Position numbers and translations under genes: made by a program
DNA from: Promethearchaeota archaeon
Lineage (GTDB): Archaea; Asgardarchaeota; Thorarchaeia; Thorarchaeales; Thorarchaeaceae
NCBI GenBank assembly: GCA_014728035.1
Contig: WJMJ01000131.1
Location: forward strand, 64,001-128,000
Direction: 5' to 3'
Length of the DNA stretch: 64,000 bases
The notes under the pieces: generated by a model
Databases searched by the model: none
What the model was told of the DNA's origin: nothing
The model's input: the letters and a program-made list of their open reading frames with translations, nothing else
Shown here: positions 9,503-19,688 of the stretch, piece after piece
Position numbering within the stretch: position 1 is the first letter of the stretch
Layout: each line of letters starts with the position of its first letter

Positions 9503-10638
9503 TGCCTGAAAAAATCATGTTTACCATGGGAGATATTGCTTGTGCAGAAGGAGCTCTTGCTGCAGGCTGTAAATATTTTGGCGGCTACCCAATTACTCCC
9601 GCAACTGAAATTGCTGAGTGGATGGCGCTAAAAATGCCAGAATATGGAGGAGCATATGTTCAATATGAAGATGAGATTGCCTCTATTACGAGCGTTATCG
9701 GTGCTTCATGGACTGGAACAAAATCAATGACAGCAACCTCCGGTCCTGGAGTGAGTCTTATGCTGGAAGCAATTGGTCTTGCAGTAATGACTGAAACACC
9801 ACTTGTTCTAGTAAATATCATGAGAGGTGGGCCCAGTACCGGGCAGCCAACTCGAGGGCAACAGGGAGACATCATGCAAGCCAAATGGGGTAGTCATGGG
9901 GACTATCAGATCATTGCCTTGACACCTGCCTCAGTACAGGAAATGTTTGACCAGACTGTTCAAGCATTCAATCTGGCAGAGAAATATCGCACTCCAGTAT
10001 TTGTCCTTGCTGATGAAACTGTTGGCCACATGCGGGAAAAACTTGTAATTCCAGACCCGAAAGATTTGAAACTAGTAACAAGAAAACAACCAACTGGAGA
10101 TCCCACAGATTATTTGCCATTCAAAGCAGATGATGATTTAGTACCACCTATGGCACTTCTCGGGTCTAAGTATCAGTTCTATGCAACCGGCTTGACTCAC
10201 GATGAGAGAGGATACCCCAGTGACAAGGAACACATTCAAATCGAACTCGTTACCAGACTGCAAGATAAAATTCTCAAGAATGCAGACGACATCATTGACC
10301 TTGAGAAATTCATGTTAGACGATGCCAAAATTGCAGTAATTGCATACGGTACTCCTTCACGAAGTGCAAAGAAAGCAATCAAAGATGCAAGAAAGAAAGG
10401 AATCAAGGTCGGTTTACTTCGTCTTAAGACCGTCTGGCCATTTCCAGAGGAAATCGTCGCAGACTTAGCATCAGAAGTCAAACACATCATCGTGCCTGAA
10501 CAAAACTTGGGTCAAGTGTTCCACATGGTGCGTTCTGCTGCAGCACCAACACCAGTACATCTGATGTCTAAACCTGCAGGGATGCCACAACTGCCACACG
10601 AGATTCTGGAAAAAATCAAAGAGATAGACTCGATTTAG
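9502..10638 (+). CDS. korA: 2-oxoacid:ferredoxin oxidoreductase alpha subunit
   Basis: GYPITP, EDEIAS, TATSGPG, RGGPSTG motifs. Confidence 0.93.
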   Translation: MPEKIMFTMGDIACAEGALAAGCKYFGGYPITPATEIAEWMALKMPEYGGAYVQYEDEIASITSVIGASWTGTKSMTATSGPGVSLMLEAIGLAVMTETPLVLVNIMRGGPSTGQPTRGQQGDIMQAKWGSHGDYQIIALTPASVQEMFDQTVQAFNLAEKYRTPVFVLADETVGHMREKLVIPDPKDLKLVTRKQPTGDPTDYLPFKADDDLVPPMALLGSKYQFYATGLTHDERGYPSDKEHIQIELVTRLQDKILKNADDIIDLEKFMLDDAKIAVIAYGTPSRSAKKAIKDARKKGIKVGLLRLKTVWPFPEEIVADLASEVKHIIVPEQNLGQVFHMVRSAAAPTPVHLMSKPAGMPQLPHEILEKIKEIDSI

Positions 10639-10645
10639 TACTTGG

Positions 10646-10672
10646 AAGGACCGAGATAATCGGTCCTTTTTT
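10646..10672 (+). terminator. Hairpin plus T-tract after korA
   Basis: AAGGACCGA-gataa-TCGGTCCTT followed by TTTT. Confidence 0.7.
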
Positions 10673-10725
10673 GACTTCTTTTACGAACTATTTATGTCAA
10701 GTTAATGAGAGCTGTTTTGGACCAT

Positions 10726-11397
10726 TCACCGTTTCCCTTTGACTTTAGCAATGATGAGAATAACAGCACCAACCTCTACACCAATAACTATAGCAGAAAC
10801 TACAATCACGGGGTCAAAAGCGTTTCCACGAGAAACCTGAAGAAATAGTACCTCTGAGTTATCAGAACTATCGGTGATGATATACTCGAAAAGAGTATTT
10901 GCTCCATCTTCTTTTGAAAACACGAATATGGAATTATAGCGGTAGTTAGCTATCCAGCTCTGTTGTTCTACTCCCCATGTCCCTGCATCTTGGAAATAAG
11001 TGGTATCTTGTATGTCATATTCTTCAAAAATCGACTGAATATGAGTCCAATTTCCTACCGGCACAGCTGAAAACAATGGCGAAACGCTCAAAGATTGAAA
11101 TGAAGAGCCATTTTGAAAATAGATTTGAGCGCTAATAATTGGGAAATAGCTAGATGTCATGTCATTGGGAATGTTAGGAACATCCTCAAAAACCGCATAA
11201 AGATCAATTTCTAGTGATTGAGGGATATTTCTGCCAATAAACTGTCCTCCAGGATTCCGAATAATTAGATGGAATTCATAGCGAGTATTTTCTTCAATGC
11301 CCCATTCGATTCCCTGAAGGTTCTGAGCGCTACCGAAGATAGGAGCATAACTAAGAACTAGAAGAAAAAGCACCACTAAGATTTTTTGTCGGGTCAT
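10726..11397 (-). CDS. Secreted/surface protein with C-terminal TM anchor, hypothetical
   Basis: Signal peptide MTRQKILVVLFLLVLS, C-terminal TM then KVKGKR; lies antisense inside the kor cluster. Confidence 0.7.
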   Translation of the reverse strand: MTRQKILVVLFLLVLSYAPIFGSAQNLQGIEWGIEENTRYEFHLIIRNPGGQFIGRNIPQSLEIDLYAVFEDVPNIPNDMTSSYFPIISAQIYFQNGSSFQSLSVSPLFSAVPVGNWTHIQSIFEEYDIQDTTYFQDAGTWGVEQQSWIANYRYNSIFVFSKEDGANTLFEYIITDSSDNSEVLFLQVSRGNAFDPVIVVSAIVIGVEVGAVILIIAKVKGKR

Positions 11398-11598
11398 AGC
11401 TCCTTCACTCAACCTTGACCAATAGCAATCGAACAAAATAACTCTTTTCACAAAATCCATTTGAACCGTATATTATGCCATGAAAGACTACCATCTGTTA
11501 CTCGTAGGATATCAAAGGGAGAGCATTCCTGAACTCGCCACATCAACAAGCCTTTTATCCATCTAATTCTCTCGAAACTTGTCCTCGAACATGAGGGA

Positions 11599-12447
11599 TT
11601 GCCAATGACTGAAACAGCCCCCGTCTTAAAACATCCCATGGCGAAATACATCCGAGAAGACCGCCAACCATGGATCTATTGTCCTGGTTGCTCTATCGGA
11701 ATTGCTACCAACATGATTGCTCGTGCCATCGATAATTTGGGCCTCGACATGAACAATGTCGTTGTTGTATCCGGTATCGGATGCACTGGCCGGGTCTCAG
11801 GTTATTTCAAGACTGGCACCTACCACACCACTCACGGTAGGGCTATCGCCTTCGCGGAAGGCGTGAAAGTTGCCAATCCTGACCTTGAAGTTATTGTTGT
11901 TTCCGGTGATGGCGACCTTGCCGCTATTGGCGGTAACCATCTCATTCATGCCTGTAGACGGAATATTGATATTACAGTCGTATGCCTGAACAACTTCAAT
12001 TATGGCATGACAGGAGGCCAGTTTGGACCCACAACCGAACACGAAAGGTATTCCCAGACAAGTCCGAGACCGATAGGGAACGTAGAACACCCATTCAACT
12101 TGGTGAAATTAGCAGCCTCATCAGGAGCAACCTTTGTAGCAAGATGGACAGCGATACAAGCTCGAAGGGCAACAAGGTCAATTCAGAAAGGAATCGCAAA
12201 AGAAGGATTTTCATTTATTGAGATAATAGGAGCTTGTCCAACTGCGTATGGAAGAATGAATCGGCTCGGAGATGGTGTTGGAATGCATAAGCATCTATTG
12301 GAGGTAGCTGAGATCCAAAATGGATTGCCGCCGCATGAAGCCGAGCTGATATACGATACGAGAATAGTGTGTGGCGAGTTTGTAGATATTGTAAAGCCTG
12401 AATACACTAGGGTTTTGAGAGAAAAAACATCAAAGATGAGGGGGTAA
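11599..12447 (+). CDS. korB: 2-oxoacid:ferredoxin oxidoreductase beta subunit (TPP-binding)
   Basis: YCPGC, SGIGC, HTTHGRA, GDGD...NN TPP motif, YGMTGGQ. Confidence 0.93.
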   Translation: MPMTETAPVLKHPMAKYIREDRQPWIYCPGCSIGIATNMIARAIDNLGLDMNNVVVVSGIGCTGRVSGYFKTGTYHTTHGRAIAFAEGVKVANPDLEVIVVSGDGDLAAIGGNHLIHACRRNIDITVVCLNNFNYGMTGGQFGPTTEHERYSQTSPRPIGNVEHPFNLVKLAASSGATFVARWTAIQARRATRSIQKGIAKEGFSFIEIIGACPTAYGRMNRLGDGVGMHKHLLEVAEIQNGLPPHEAELIYDTRIVCGEFVDIVKPEYTRVLREKTSKMRG

Positions 12448-12451
12448 AAAG

Positions 12452-13003
12452 ATGGGACGATTTGAAGTAAGAATTGGTGGATTTGGTGGACAAGGAGTAG
12501 TCACCATGGCAGTTGTCATGGGAGAAACCCTATCATTGCATGATAACAAGTTTTGTGTGCAGACACAGTCGTATGGACCTGAAGCGCGAGGAGGAGCCAG
12601 TAAGAGTGAGGTGGTCATCTCGGATGAAGAGATCGACTATCCAAAAGTACAAGAGCCCGATGTATTCATCGCGATGAGCCGAGCTGCATACTTGGAATAC
12701 ATAGATGGACTGAAAGAGGACGGCATTCTGATTATTGACCAAGACCTTGTAGACGTAGAGGGAAATCTCCCGGATGGTGTGACGGTGTACAAAGTGCCAG
12801 CGACAAGAATAGCAGATAAAGAAGTTGGAACAAAACTAGCGACCAACGTCGTGATGCTGGGGGCATTTGCCGCAATCACCGGCCAGATTTCTGTCGAGGG
12901 TCTTAAGGCACAGGTTGAAGACCGGTGGCCACGTTTTGCCAAGACAAACCTACTGGCTCTAGAACTTGGTATGAAGGCTGGCGAAAAGGCAAAATCTACA
13001 TAA
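12452..13003 (+). CDS. korG: 2-oxoacid:ferredoxin oxidoreductase gamma subunit
   Basis: GFGGQG and QSYGPEARGG motifs. Confidence 0.92.
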   Translation: MGRFEVRIGGFGGQGVVTMAVVMGETLSLHDNKFCVQTQSYGPEARGGASKSEVVISDEEIDYPKVQEPDVFIAMSRAAYLEYIDGLKEDGILIIDQDLVDVEGNLPDGVTVYKVPATRIADKEVGTKLATNVVMLGAFAAITGQISVEGLKAQVEDRWPRFAKTNLLALELGMKAGEKAKST

Positions 13004-13277
13004 TTTTATTTGGCCCTTCGAAACAGAGAAGGGCACAAGGTATTTTACCTCAGATATGGCCTGTAATTGTAGTAAGCTTTTTGCTTGGTTTGTATTAGAT
13101 TTCACGCGCTCATTCATTCTGGGCAGTATGTTAAATATCATCTTGAATTCAAGTATTCTTCTCGCAGTGCTACCACCTATTTTGGCAAACCGAGAAGAGT
13201 TATTCAAAAAGATTGAGTAGCTGAGATAGGTTTGAATGGTCTCTATTACGCTAGGACGAAAAAGAGGTACAATCAAT

Positions 13278-13321
13278 AAAAAATAGAATATGGAGTCGGG
13301 GGAACGTTTTCGATCCCCGAC
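13278..13321 (-). terminator. Hairpin plus T-tract ending the hydrogenase operon
   Basis: GTCGGGG/CCCCGAC stem just past the stop at 13329, with a T-run downstream on the minus strand. Confidence 0.6.
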
Positions 13322-13328
13322 AAAGATA

Positions 13329-13700
13329 CTAGTAAATGACCATGTCATCTCGACTGAGATATGCCATTTCAAACTCTGCGGAGAGCTCCAATACATCTCG
13401 AGGACAAGATTCAACACATTGGCCACACAGAAGACATCTATCAAAATGGCAGATTGGTCGAAAGCCAGTTTTTGTTTCGAAATCTTCTGGTCTGCACTCA
13501 ATCATTTCGATTGCATTGCTTGGACAAACACGGTCACAAATCTTGCAACCCGTGCAATTCTCTGGAACCTTATAGACCCAACGCCCACGAAGCCCATCTG
13601 GAACATTCAATCCTTCTTTTGTGAAAGGATAGATGACGGTAGCTTGTTTGGAACGTGCACTCTTCAAGAGTTCTCTTTCCATTTTTCCTAAACGTGTCAT
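13329..13700 (-). CDS. Membrane hydrogenase 2x4Fe-4S subunit (NuoI/EchF-like)
   Basis: TVIYPF...LRG, CTGCKICDRVCP, CLLCGQCVESCP. Confidence 0.9.
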   Translation of the reverse strand: MTRLGKMERELLKSARSKQATVIYPFTKEGLNVPDGLRGRWVYKVPENCTGCKICDRVCPSNAIEMIECRPEDFETKTGFRPICHFDRCLLCGQCVESCPRDVLELSAEFEMAYLSRDDMVIY

Positions 13701-13703
13701 TTT

Positions 13704-14804
13704 CTATACAACTCCTATTGCTGGAAATACTAGACTCAGAACAACCTGAATCAACAACATATTCAATAGCGCAATTGGGACCATGACCTTCCATCCTGCC
13801 CGAACGATTTGGTCGATACGCCAGCGAGCAAATAGAGTTCTCATGTTTGCAAGAATGAGTACAATAAGAGCACTCTTGAACACAAATACTAGAGTGTAGT
13901 AAAGTGCTCCAAACCAATTGCCTGCCATAAATGCTCCAAAATCTTGAAAGATGGGTAGAGGAATCAACTCTAGTAAAAAGGGACCGCCAAGAAACATTGT
14001 GGTTGCCATTCCAGCTCCAAACACAAGGAGAATATCTTCAGCCATGTGAATCATTGCTAGCTTTTTACCACTGTATTCAACTTGCCAACCATGTACAATT
14101 TCAGTTTCAGCATGACTTACGTCAAAAGGAATCCTTTCCAACTCAGCTTGAAGGGATATGAGATAGACCACAAAGGGGATAATTAGCAGCCAGCCATATG
14201 CCAGTGAAAGCCCAGAGGCTCCGCCAGTACCCAACATAGTATTCATTATGGTCGATATACTAAGACTTCCAGTTAGAATTGCGGGAGTGATCAATGCAAG
14301 GATTAGAGGAATCTCAAAACTAATGAGAAGCATCCCTGTTCGAGCAGATCCAGTCTGCCCATAGGGACTTGATGAGAAGTATCCACCAAGTACAATAAGA
14401 ATCGCAATCAAAGTGGAGATAAACAGTACTATCAACAAGTCGCCCTCAAAACTAAGTATGCCTTGTACACCTGGTGCAGGATTGAGATCTACAATTGGCA
14501 AAAACATGCAGAGGATTATGCTGAAAATCAGCATTAAAACAGGGACTGCTGCAAAACTCTTCTTATCAGCACGCTTTGGAGTCAAGTCCTCCTTTCCTAA
14601 CAATTTCAAAAAGTCTGCAAGAGGTTGTAGAATCCCACGCCAGCCAGTATGAAGGGGACCCATACGATTCTGTAATCTTGCATAGACCTTTCTATCCATC
14701 CATTCCCAAAGTAAAGCTAAGAATGTGATGAAGAAAATTCCAGGGAATATCAGAATCCAGAAAACAGGATATACCAATTCAACAAGTAAATCAAGCTGCA
14801 TCAT
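13704..14804 (-). CDS. Membrane hydrogenase anchor subunit (NuoH/EchB-like)
   Basis: DRKVYARLQNRMGP, LQPLADFLKLLGKE, RIPFD...AETEI...EYSG, multiple TM helices. Confidence 0.92.
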   Translation of the reverse strand: MMQLDLLVELVYPVFWILIFPGIFFITFLALLWEWMDRKVYARLQNRMGPLHTGWRGILQPLADFLKLLGKEDLTPKRADKKSFAAVPVLMLIFSIILCMFLPIVDLNPAPGVQGILSFEGDLLIVLFISTLIAILIVLGGYFSSSPYGQTGSARTGMLLISFEIPLILALITPAILTGSLSISTIMNTMLGTGGASGLSLAYGWLLIIPFVVYLISLQAELERIPFDVSHAETEIVHGWQVEYSGKKLAMIHMAEDILLVFGAGMATTMFLGGPFLLELIPLPIFQDFGAFMAGNWFGALYYTLVFVFKSALIVLILANMRTLFARWRIDQIVRAGWKVMVPIALLNMLLIQVVLSLVFPAIGVV

Positions 14805-16033
14805 GCAATCCTCCTTGGGTTTGCTGCATGCCACTTATTGGCTCGAATTCGGAATTCATCAAGAGTAATCAATTCCATAGATTCGTCTGCAGAGTCTACT
14901 AACGTAACACGATCAGTACAACTGAAACAAGGATCGATTGCTGCAAGTGTTATTGGCGCGTCGGCAATGTAACCACCACGAAGAGTATGAGCCATACTAA
15001 CCCAATTTGCATGTGTGGGGGCTCGAACCTTCAGACGGTCAGGTTTGGTAGTTCCATTTGTAACCAGATAGTGAATGACTTCTCCACGTGGTGCTTCATA
15101 TCTCGCAAGAACCTCATTGGGTTGAATGCGAGGTCTAACACGTTCACGAATGGGACCATCAGGTAAATTGTTTAGAAGCCAACGGCACATTTCAATGGAT
15201 TGAATTGTTTCGAGAACACGTACTATTGCACGCCCCGCAATATCGCATCGATCGGAGAGAATCATCTCAAATTCACCACTATCTCTAAGATGAACGTATG
15301 CCATTGTTGGGTCGTTGAATCGAACATCAACAGGAACATTACTACCCCGAGCAGTGGGACCCACAGCAGATGTCTTTTTAGCTATATCTGTTGGAAGTAT
15401 TCCAACACCATTAATACGATCCCAGAATGTCTTTTCGTAGATTGCAACATCTCTATAATATTCCATTCGCTCTTCAAGATGATCCAGACCCTTCAAAAGT
15501 CTCAGCTTCAACTCATCTGAAACATCCCTACGAACCCCACCAACTGTATTCATAGCATAATTTACTCGATTTCCACTAAGGTCTTCAAGCATGTCCATAA
15601 CAACTTCTCGGTCTCGCCAAGTGTACATGAAAGCAGTATCAAAACCTACCTCATGGAATGCTACACCTAACCAGAGAATGTGTGAATGAATACGTTCAAG
15701 TTCCCATGTTAGAGTCCTGATGAACTTGGCTCGATCGGAGATGTCAACTTCAGCAGCAAACTCGGAGGCTTGAGCAAAATTGCCATTATGAGTTGCTGAA
15801 CAAATACCACAAATACGTTCAACTAAATAGAGAATCTGTGTGAAGGTTTTCTGTTCTGTTAATTTTTCGATTCCTCGATGATTGTATCCAATATTGACCT
15901 CGGCGTCAATTATTCGTTCCCCTTCAACAGTAAGCTTGAACATGCCTGGCTCTTTTAGAGCTGGATGTTGGGGACCAATCGGGATGGATACACGGGGAGG
16001 AGTAATTGTTTTTCTATCATCAGATGAAGTCAT
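14801..16033 (-). CDS. Group 4 [NiFe]-hydrogenase large subunit
   Basis: GPQHP, HRGIEK, both Ni-binding motifs intact (ERICGIC and DPCFSCTDR), plus a C-terminal extension. Start reassigned to MTSSDDRK (16033). Confidence 0.93.
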   Translation of the reverse strand: MTSSDDRKTITPPRVSIPIGPQHPALKEPGMFKLTVEGERIIDAEVNIGYNHRGIEKLTEQKTFTQILYLVERICGICSATHNGNFAQASEFAAEVDISDRAKFIRTLTWELERIHSHILWLGVAFHEVGFDTAFMYTWRDREVVMDMLEDLSGNRVNYAMNTVGGVRRDVSDELKLRLLKGLDHLEERMEYYRDVAIYEKTFWDRINGVGILPTDIAKKTSAVGPTARGSNVPVDVRFNDPTMAYVHLRDSGEFEMILSDRCDIAGRAIVRVLETIQSIEMCRWLLNNLPDGPIRERVRPRIQPNEVLARYEAPRGEVIHYLVTNGTTKPDRLKVRAPTHANWVSMAHTLRGGYIADAPITLAAIDPCFSCTDRVTLVDSADESMELITLDEFRIRANKWHAANPRRIA

Positions 16034-16034
16034 T

Positions 16035-16595
16035 TTATAGTTCCTCCTTTGGTTTTGGGCCGGTGGTCTTCGATCGTTCCATGAGCCCTCGTGGGTCTTC
16101 CCAGTCTTTTCGTAGTGGGAACTCATTCTCAGGCCAATTTTCAGGTAATTCACATCTTCTCGGATTAGGATGTCCAACTGGAACGATACCATATAATTCT
16201 CTAATCTCATTCTCAACAAATTCAGCCGCTGGAACGAGGTCAGTTATAGATGGATATTCGGGATGTTCTCGAGAAACATTGAGTTTGAATGTAATTGCTA
16301 TCTTTCTGTCATTTAGGAAGAAGTGATAACATGCCTGTAACTCATCTCCAAGGTCACGACCAGATAAAGTCGATAATTGCCACATATCATATTCATCTAA
16401 CATGTACTGAACAACATCGCGAATATTTTCAGTCTTGACTTGTAGAAATAGTCTGCGAGGTTGAACATGCACATAAGATTCAGAAGGTATTACATAATCT
16501 GATAGCTCCTGAAGAAGACTATCAAAGAGGGCATATTCTTCTTGGTATCCAGACTCTCGTGGAGCTGGTCTCATTTCTTTTTCTGCATCACTCAT
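16035..16595 (-). CDS. Hydrogenase NuoC/EchD-like subunit
   Basis: SITDLVPAAEFVENEIRELYGI...GHPNPRR...FPLRKD. Confidence 0.9.
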   Translation of the reverse strand: MSDAEKEMRPAPRESGYQEEYALFDSLLQELSDYVIPSESYVHVQPRRLFLQVKTENIRDVVQYMLDEYDMWQLSTLSGRDLGDELQACYHFFLNDRKIAITFKLNVSREHPEYPSITDLVPAAEFVENEIRELYGIVPVGHPNPRRCELPENWPENEFPLRKDWEDPRGLMERSKTTGPKPKEEL

Positions 16596-17107
16596 ACTTC
16601 AACGACCTCCTCAGCTTTTGCTTCAACTGGCTTGGGTACTTCTGCTATCTCTTTCTTTGGAGGAGCTACACCCAATGTTTCCGCTAAAATCTCAAGTAGT
16701 TTATACGCTCCAAATGTAATTGCGGATGGTTTTGGTGGGCAACCAGGAATATATGCGGTTACCGGAATTGCTTGGTCAACGCCACCTAGTACATTATATC
16801 CGCCTCGAAACACTCCACCGCTACAAGCACAGGACCCGATAGCTACCACAAACTTGGGTTCTGCCATCTGTTCATAGATTCTTTGAAGTCGTTCTTTGAT
16901 CTGCTCAGTAACAGGGCCCGTAACAAGCATGATGTCAGCATGTCGGGGACTGCCTACGAGCTTCATTCCAAATCGCTCAATGTCAATTCTTGGCATAAGT
17001 GCAGCCACTATCTCTATGTCACATCCATTGCAACTTCCACTGTTGAAATGAAAAACATAAGGTGACTTCAACCGCGCCTTGTTAATTAATCGTTTAAGAA
17101 ATCCCAT
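16592..17107 (-). CDS. Group 4 hydrogenase small subunit (NuoB-like)
   Basis: SCNGCDIE, SPRHAD, GSCA, IPGCPP. Confidence 0.93.
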   Translation of the reverse strand: MGFLKRLINKARLKSPYVFHFNSGSCNGCDIEIVAALMPRIDIERFGMKLVGSPRHADIMLVTGPVTEQIKERLQRIYEQMAEPKFVVAIGSCACSGGVFRGGYNVLGGVDQAIPVTAYIPGCPPKPSAITFGAYKLLEILAETLGVAPPKKEIAEVPKPVEAKAEEVVEV

Positions 17108-17119
17108 TGTTCATACCTC

Positions 17120-17461
17120 CTAATCCATGCTCCCTGGAGCCACTGACAGATATGCAGCCGCAACAAGCGTAATGGCAAGATACCCTATGATAACGATGCC
17201 CGTGTTGGCCCATGCAATAAATAGCATGAAACCAATAATATCGAATAACATAAAGTACAGAGCAAAATTGAACAATTCGAGATTGAATTGTACTTTGCCG
17301 CCTAAGAACGCAGGTTCGCCGCAAGCATAAGCGTCAACTGCCGGTCCAGAGGTTCGGGCTTTTGGAGCAACAGCTCTACCAAGGAGGGCAATGACTCCTG
17401 CAAAAAGCAGGCTTAGTACGATTACTAATGTAAATGAAATTATGATGTCCATTTGGGCCAC
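17120..17461 (-). CDS. NuoA-like three-TM subunit
   Basis: YACGE loop motif and FALYFMLFD, typical of NuoA/ND3. Confidence 0.82.
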   Translation of the reverse strand: MAQMDIIISFTLVIVLSLLFAGVIALLGRAVAPKARTSGPAVDAYACGEPAFLGGKVQFNLELFNFALYFMLFDIIGFMLFIAWANTGIVIIGYLAITLVAAAYLSVAPGSMD

Positions 17462-17671
17462 CTATACACCTGCAGATATCAAGTTCGAGCCCTTCAAGGT
17501 CCACTAATAGCCTTAATGGTTGCACACTAATTTCTTAGAGTATGCATCCCATAATAAGGACAAATAATGGGCTCATTTGGGTAGACTTGAGTACTTTGGT
17601 TCAAGTTCACGTTAAAGTATTGTAGAACTCTAATGAACTCTGGTATATCGGACATGATTTTTTTCTGCCGC

Positions 17672-18475
17672 TTAGACCTTTTCTCGAGCAAGGTGGCCGA
17701 GTACAGCTGCTCCTAAAGCACCAGTATATTGTGGAGTATCAGGAATCCAGAGAGAATGCTCCAGACTCAGTTCAAGGTAATGCTTGAATGCAGGATTTAG
17801 TGCTACTCCCCCAGTAAGAGCAATGGGAGGTACGATTCCCACTCGACGTGCAAGAGACCCAACTTTTGATGCCATCGATAGATGAATTCCAGCTGCAATA
17901 TCAGGTGGTTCTTTGCCAGACCCGATATGGCCAATCACTTCACTTTCAGCAAACACTGTACAAGTGCTGCTAATTGTGCAGGGGTTATCGGATTCAAGCG
18001 CAATTTGCCCTAGTTCATCTAGAGACACACCAAGAACCCTTGCCATAACTTCAAGAAATCTGCCTGTACCAGCACTACACTTATCATTCAGTTCAAAATC
18101 ATGTGGTCTTCCGTTTTCACTAACTCTAATCACCTTCGAGTCCTGTCCACCAATATCAATCACCAATCTGATTCCAGAATTGATATAGTGGACACCTACA
18201 CAGTGACAGGTGATTTCAGTTATCACATCAGATGCAAAGTCAACCTGCCGTCGACCATACCCAGTACTGACAACATAAACCTCTGAAAGATTCAAATCTG
18301 AATCAGCAGCTAACGTGTGAAGAATTCCACTGGCAGCTTTTGAGGCGGAAGACCCAGTTACACAAAGATGTTTGGAAATTACTTCGCCCTTGTCAGATAG
18401 TAGAATGCCCTTTGTTGTTGTGGATCCCACATCGATGCCAATAGTTAGTGGGTTGTCATCAGGCATCAAAGTCAC
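17672..18475 (-). CDS. 2-hydroxyacyl-CoA dehydratase activator (HgdC/BadF-type ASKHA ATPase)
   Basis: GIDVGSTTTK, TGYGR, DIGGQDSK, NDKCSAGTG, STCTVFAESE. Confidence 0.95.
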   Translation of the reverse strand: MTLMPDDNPLTIGIDVGSTTTKGILLSDKGEVISKHLCVTGSSASKAASGILHTLAADSDLNLSEVYVVSTGYGRRQVDFASDVITEITCHCVGVHYINSGIRLVIDIGGQDSKVIRVSENGRPHDFELNDKCSAGTGRFLEVMARVLGVSLDELGQIALESDNPCTISSTCTVFAESEVIGHIGSGKEPPDIAAGIHLSMASKVGSLARRVGIVPPIALTGGVALNPAFKHYLELSLEHSLWIPDTPQYTGALGAAVLGHLAREKV

Positions 18476-19687
18476 CTATGTGAACATCTCAAGCAAAGCG
18501 TCTACACGTGTCTGAATTTGCGCATCATTGAACAACCTTGAGTCAACCATATCACCCTCAATGATAATTCCAGGCACTCCGGTTTCTTCAGTAACAAGCT
18601 CCTTAGAAACTAGCTGGCCTAGCGAGTATCGCTTGCAAGAACGTACAGAGAACATTATGAATCCATCAAGATCATAGTCACGAATTAGCTGACACATCTT
18701 CTCAACTTTTGCATCGAGCCCTTTGTTAAGATACACATTGCTATACAATTCAGCCACATTTCGATACAAATCAGCACCTTCGATTGAACCTTGCCATGCA
18801 TGAGTGTATGTATCAGCAGGAAACACCACTCCACGTTTTGCAAGGCCGTTAAAGAATCGGAAAATTTGAAACCAAGGTGGTATGTTATCCCACAATAGAC
18901 GAACCCGTTCATCTCGAATGGCACCTAATCCGTTCTGGACACGGTCTTCGACCTCATCATACAAGGCCTGATAAAAATCAATGATGTAATCAGTACCACG
19001 AAGGGCAACTACAGGAGCCATAGTGAGAAATCGGTCAGCACAATTCAAGGGGCTTGGTTTATTTTTGCAAGCCTGCAAAGACTTCGTCCAGAGATCTATT
19101 GCTTTTGTAGAGTTATGAGCCACCTCTTGTAAACGCTCTTGCTCCATGGAGGTGCCAAAGGTTGTAGATAGAAATTGTATTAGACGTTCTATGCCCCGTT
19201 GTACATAATTGATGTGATGTGGTGTTTGCTCAGCATCAAGAGGGGGAGTATCCAAAAGGAAAACGGGTGCGTGAGTCATTACTGATATTGCATCATACCA
19301 CCGAAGCACCGTACCACAGATATTATTACAAGCCAGAAGAGCCTGAGGTCTAGGGAGTCCTTCCATTGGACTATTTTGAGGTTTGTAAGTAGACCCAATA
19401 CTTGACCTTGCGTATGAGCATAGCTCTTGAGAGTACCCCAATTCCTCCGCATACCCACATAGCTCGGGGCCTACTTTCTGAGAACCTACAACAGCACCAT
19501 ATTGTTCTGGATAGGATGGAGTAATTCCCATTGCGAGGGGTATCTCTACCGGGAATCCAGAGGTTACCCATGCAAGTTTTCCCTCTTCACTAGCATGTTG
19601 TCCTTCAAGCATATATCGAAACATTACTTGTTGAAGATGAGTTTGAGCATTCAGTGCACGATATGCTTTTTCTTTCTTATCAGACAT
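18476..19687 (-). CDS. 2-hydroxyacyl-CoA dehydratase subunit (HgdA/FldB-like)
   Basis: ELCSYAR, NNIC, SCK motifs, IEGDMVDSR...TRVDALLE; operon with activator. Confidence 0.9.
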   Translation of the reverse strand: MSDKKEKAYRALNAQTHLQQVMFRYMLEGQHASEEGKLAWVTSGFPVEIPLAMGITPSYPEQYGAVVGSQKVGPELCGYAEELGYSQELCSYARSSIGSTYKPQNSPMEGLPRPQALLACNNICGTVLRWYDAISVMTHAPVFLLDTPPLDAEQTPHHINYVQRGIERLIQFLSTTFGTSMEQERLQEVAHNSTKAIDLWTKSLQACKNKPSPLNCADRFLTMAPVVALRGTDYIIDFYQALYDEVEDRVQNGLGAIRDERVRLLWDNIPPWFQIFRFFNGLAKRGVVFPADTYTHAWQGSIEGADLYRNVAELYSNVYLNKGLDAKVEKMCQLIRDYDLDGFIMFSVRSCKRYSLGQLVSKELVTEETGVPGIIIEGDMVDSRLFNDAQIQTRVDALLEMFT

Positions 19688-19688
19688 C

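Noticed and set aside
12959-13501. 180-aa minus-strand ORF and a roughly 54-aa plus-strand ORF in the korG-nuoI gap
   Set aside because: The long ORF overlaps real genes and terminator hairpins; neither has recognisable motifs or an SD.
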